Assembly (NCBI RefSeq): GCF_000017845.1
Contig: NC_010546.1
Coordinates: 3,180,001-3,212,000 of the forward strand
Direction: 5' to 3'
Source of the DNA: Crocosphaera subtropica ATCC 51142
GTDB lineage: Bacteria > Cyanobacteriota > Cyanobacteriia > Cyanobacteriales > Microcystaceae
Length of the DNA: 32,000 bases
The translations under genes were made by a program, and so were the position numbers. A model generated the notes under the pieces. The model was given only the letters and a program-made list of their open reading frames with translations. It ran no database searches and was not told the DNA's origin. The stretch's first letter is position 1, and each line of letters begins with the position of its first letter. This document shows, one piece after another, positions 31,407 to 32,000 of this stretch.

Positions 31407-32000
31407 TCAATAGGCACCTCGACAACTAAAAACGACCAAAATAGTTTTAAAAATAAGTTGTAAATCATATAAAATTGACCATTTTTTTTGATAGTTAAGA
31501 TCCAGTTGAACGACCTCGTCAAAATCAGTAATGGTTGAACGTCCATTGACTTGCCATTCCCCTGTTAACCCTGGTTTAACCCCTAATCTTTGCCAATGGT
31601 AACCATTATATTTTTCAACTTCATCGGGGGTAGGAGGACGAGTTCCTACTAAACTCATATCTCCCATTAAAACGTTCCAAAACTGAGGAAATTCATCTAA
31701 ACTACTACGACGTAGAAAGTAACCAATATTAGTAATTCTAGGGTCTTTATTATTCTTAAAAAAATGACCTTTAGCTTCATTTTTAACGAGATATTTTTGG
31801 TTTTCTGCATTAATAACCATAGAACGAAACTTCCACAGACGAAATGGTTTTCCACCTAAACCGCAACGCATTTGACTATATAAAATAGGACCAGGATTAT
31901 CCCATTGAATAGCAATAAAAATAGGAATTGCAATGATACCCGTAAGTAATAACCCGATAATTGCGCCTAAAATATCAATTAAACGTTTGGTTTTACTGTC
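31407..32000 (-). CDS. Bacterial sugar transferase (polyprenyl glycosylphosphotransferase, WbaP/EpsL-like), partial; N-terminus beyond right edge
   Basis: The C-terminal catalytic domain has [34 protein letters not shown] and PGLTGEWQV. The reverse-strand frame stays open upstream of the listed Met (31871) to the window end (...[39 protein letters not shown]), so the ORF-track start is not the real start. Confidence 0.88.
   Translation of the reverse strand, partial: [197 protein letters not shown]

Overview
Cyanobacterial DNA: about three dozen HIP1 octamers (GCGATCGC) counted by eye, AT-rich overall. Nt 1-19747 hold three co-directional, overlapping type I cis-AT PKS genes. The first (5'-truncated) and second are KS-AT-DH-CMT-ER-KR-ACP; the third is KS-AT-KR plus an NRPS-style (GGHSL) carrier. 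No thioesterase, reductase or condensation domain follows. Next come an ABC-2 permease fused to an M1-aminopeptidase-like domain whose catalytic motifs look degenerate (19843-23403) and a standalone luciferase-like monooxygenase of the natural-product type (23483-24550). The right third looks like housekeeping: pentapeptide-repeat protein, VOC/glyoxalase, CNNM/CorC hemolysin-family protein, DUF4278, PAM68-like, MacB/FtsX permease, ThiD and a partial sugar transferase. Main observations: (1) the two fully reducing modules are a 7.6-kb tandem duplication with mosaic divergence, including an apparently perfect 826-nt AT block; (2) both of their KR domains carry His where the catalytic Tyr is expected; (3) tiny GC-rich palindromic elements and heptanucleotide arrays sit in frame in linkers and loops of the PKS, ABC-2 and LLM genes, with paralogous empty and filled sites; (4) the assembly line ends in a PCP-type carrier with a docking-like tail and no release domain; (5) the M1 domain appears to be a pseudo-peptidase. 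I do not recognise the cluster as a characterised pathway. All domain coordinates are approximate and all identity statements were made by eye.
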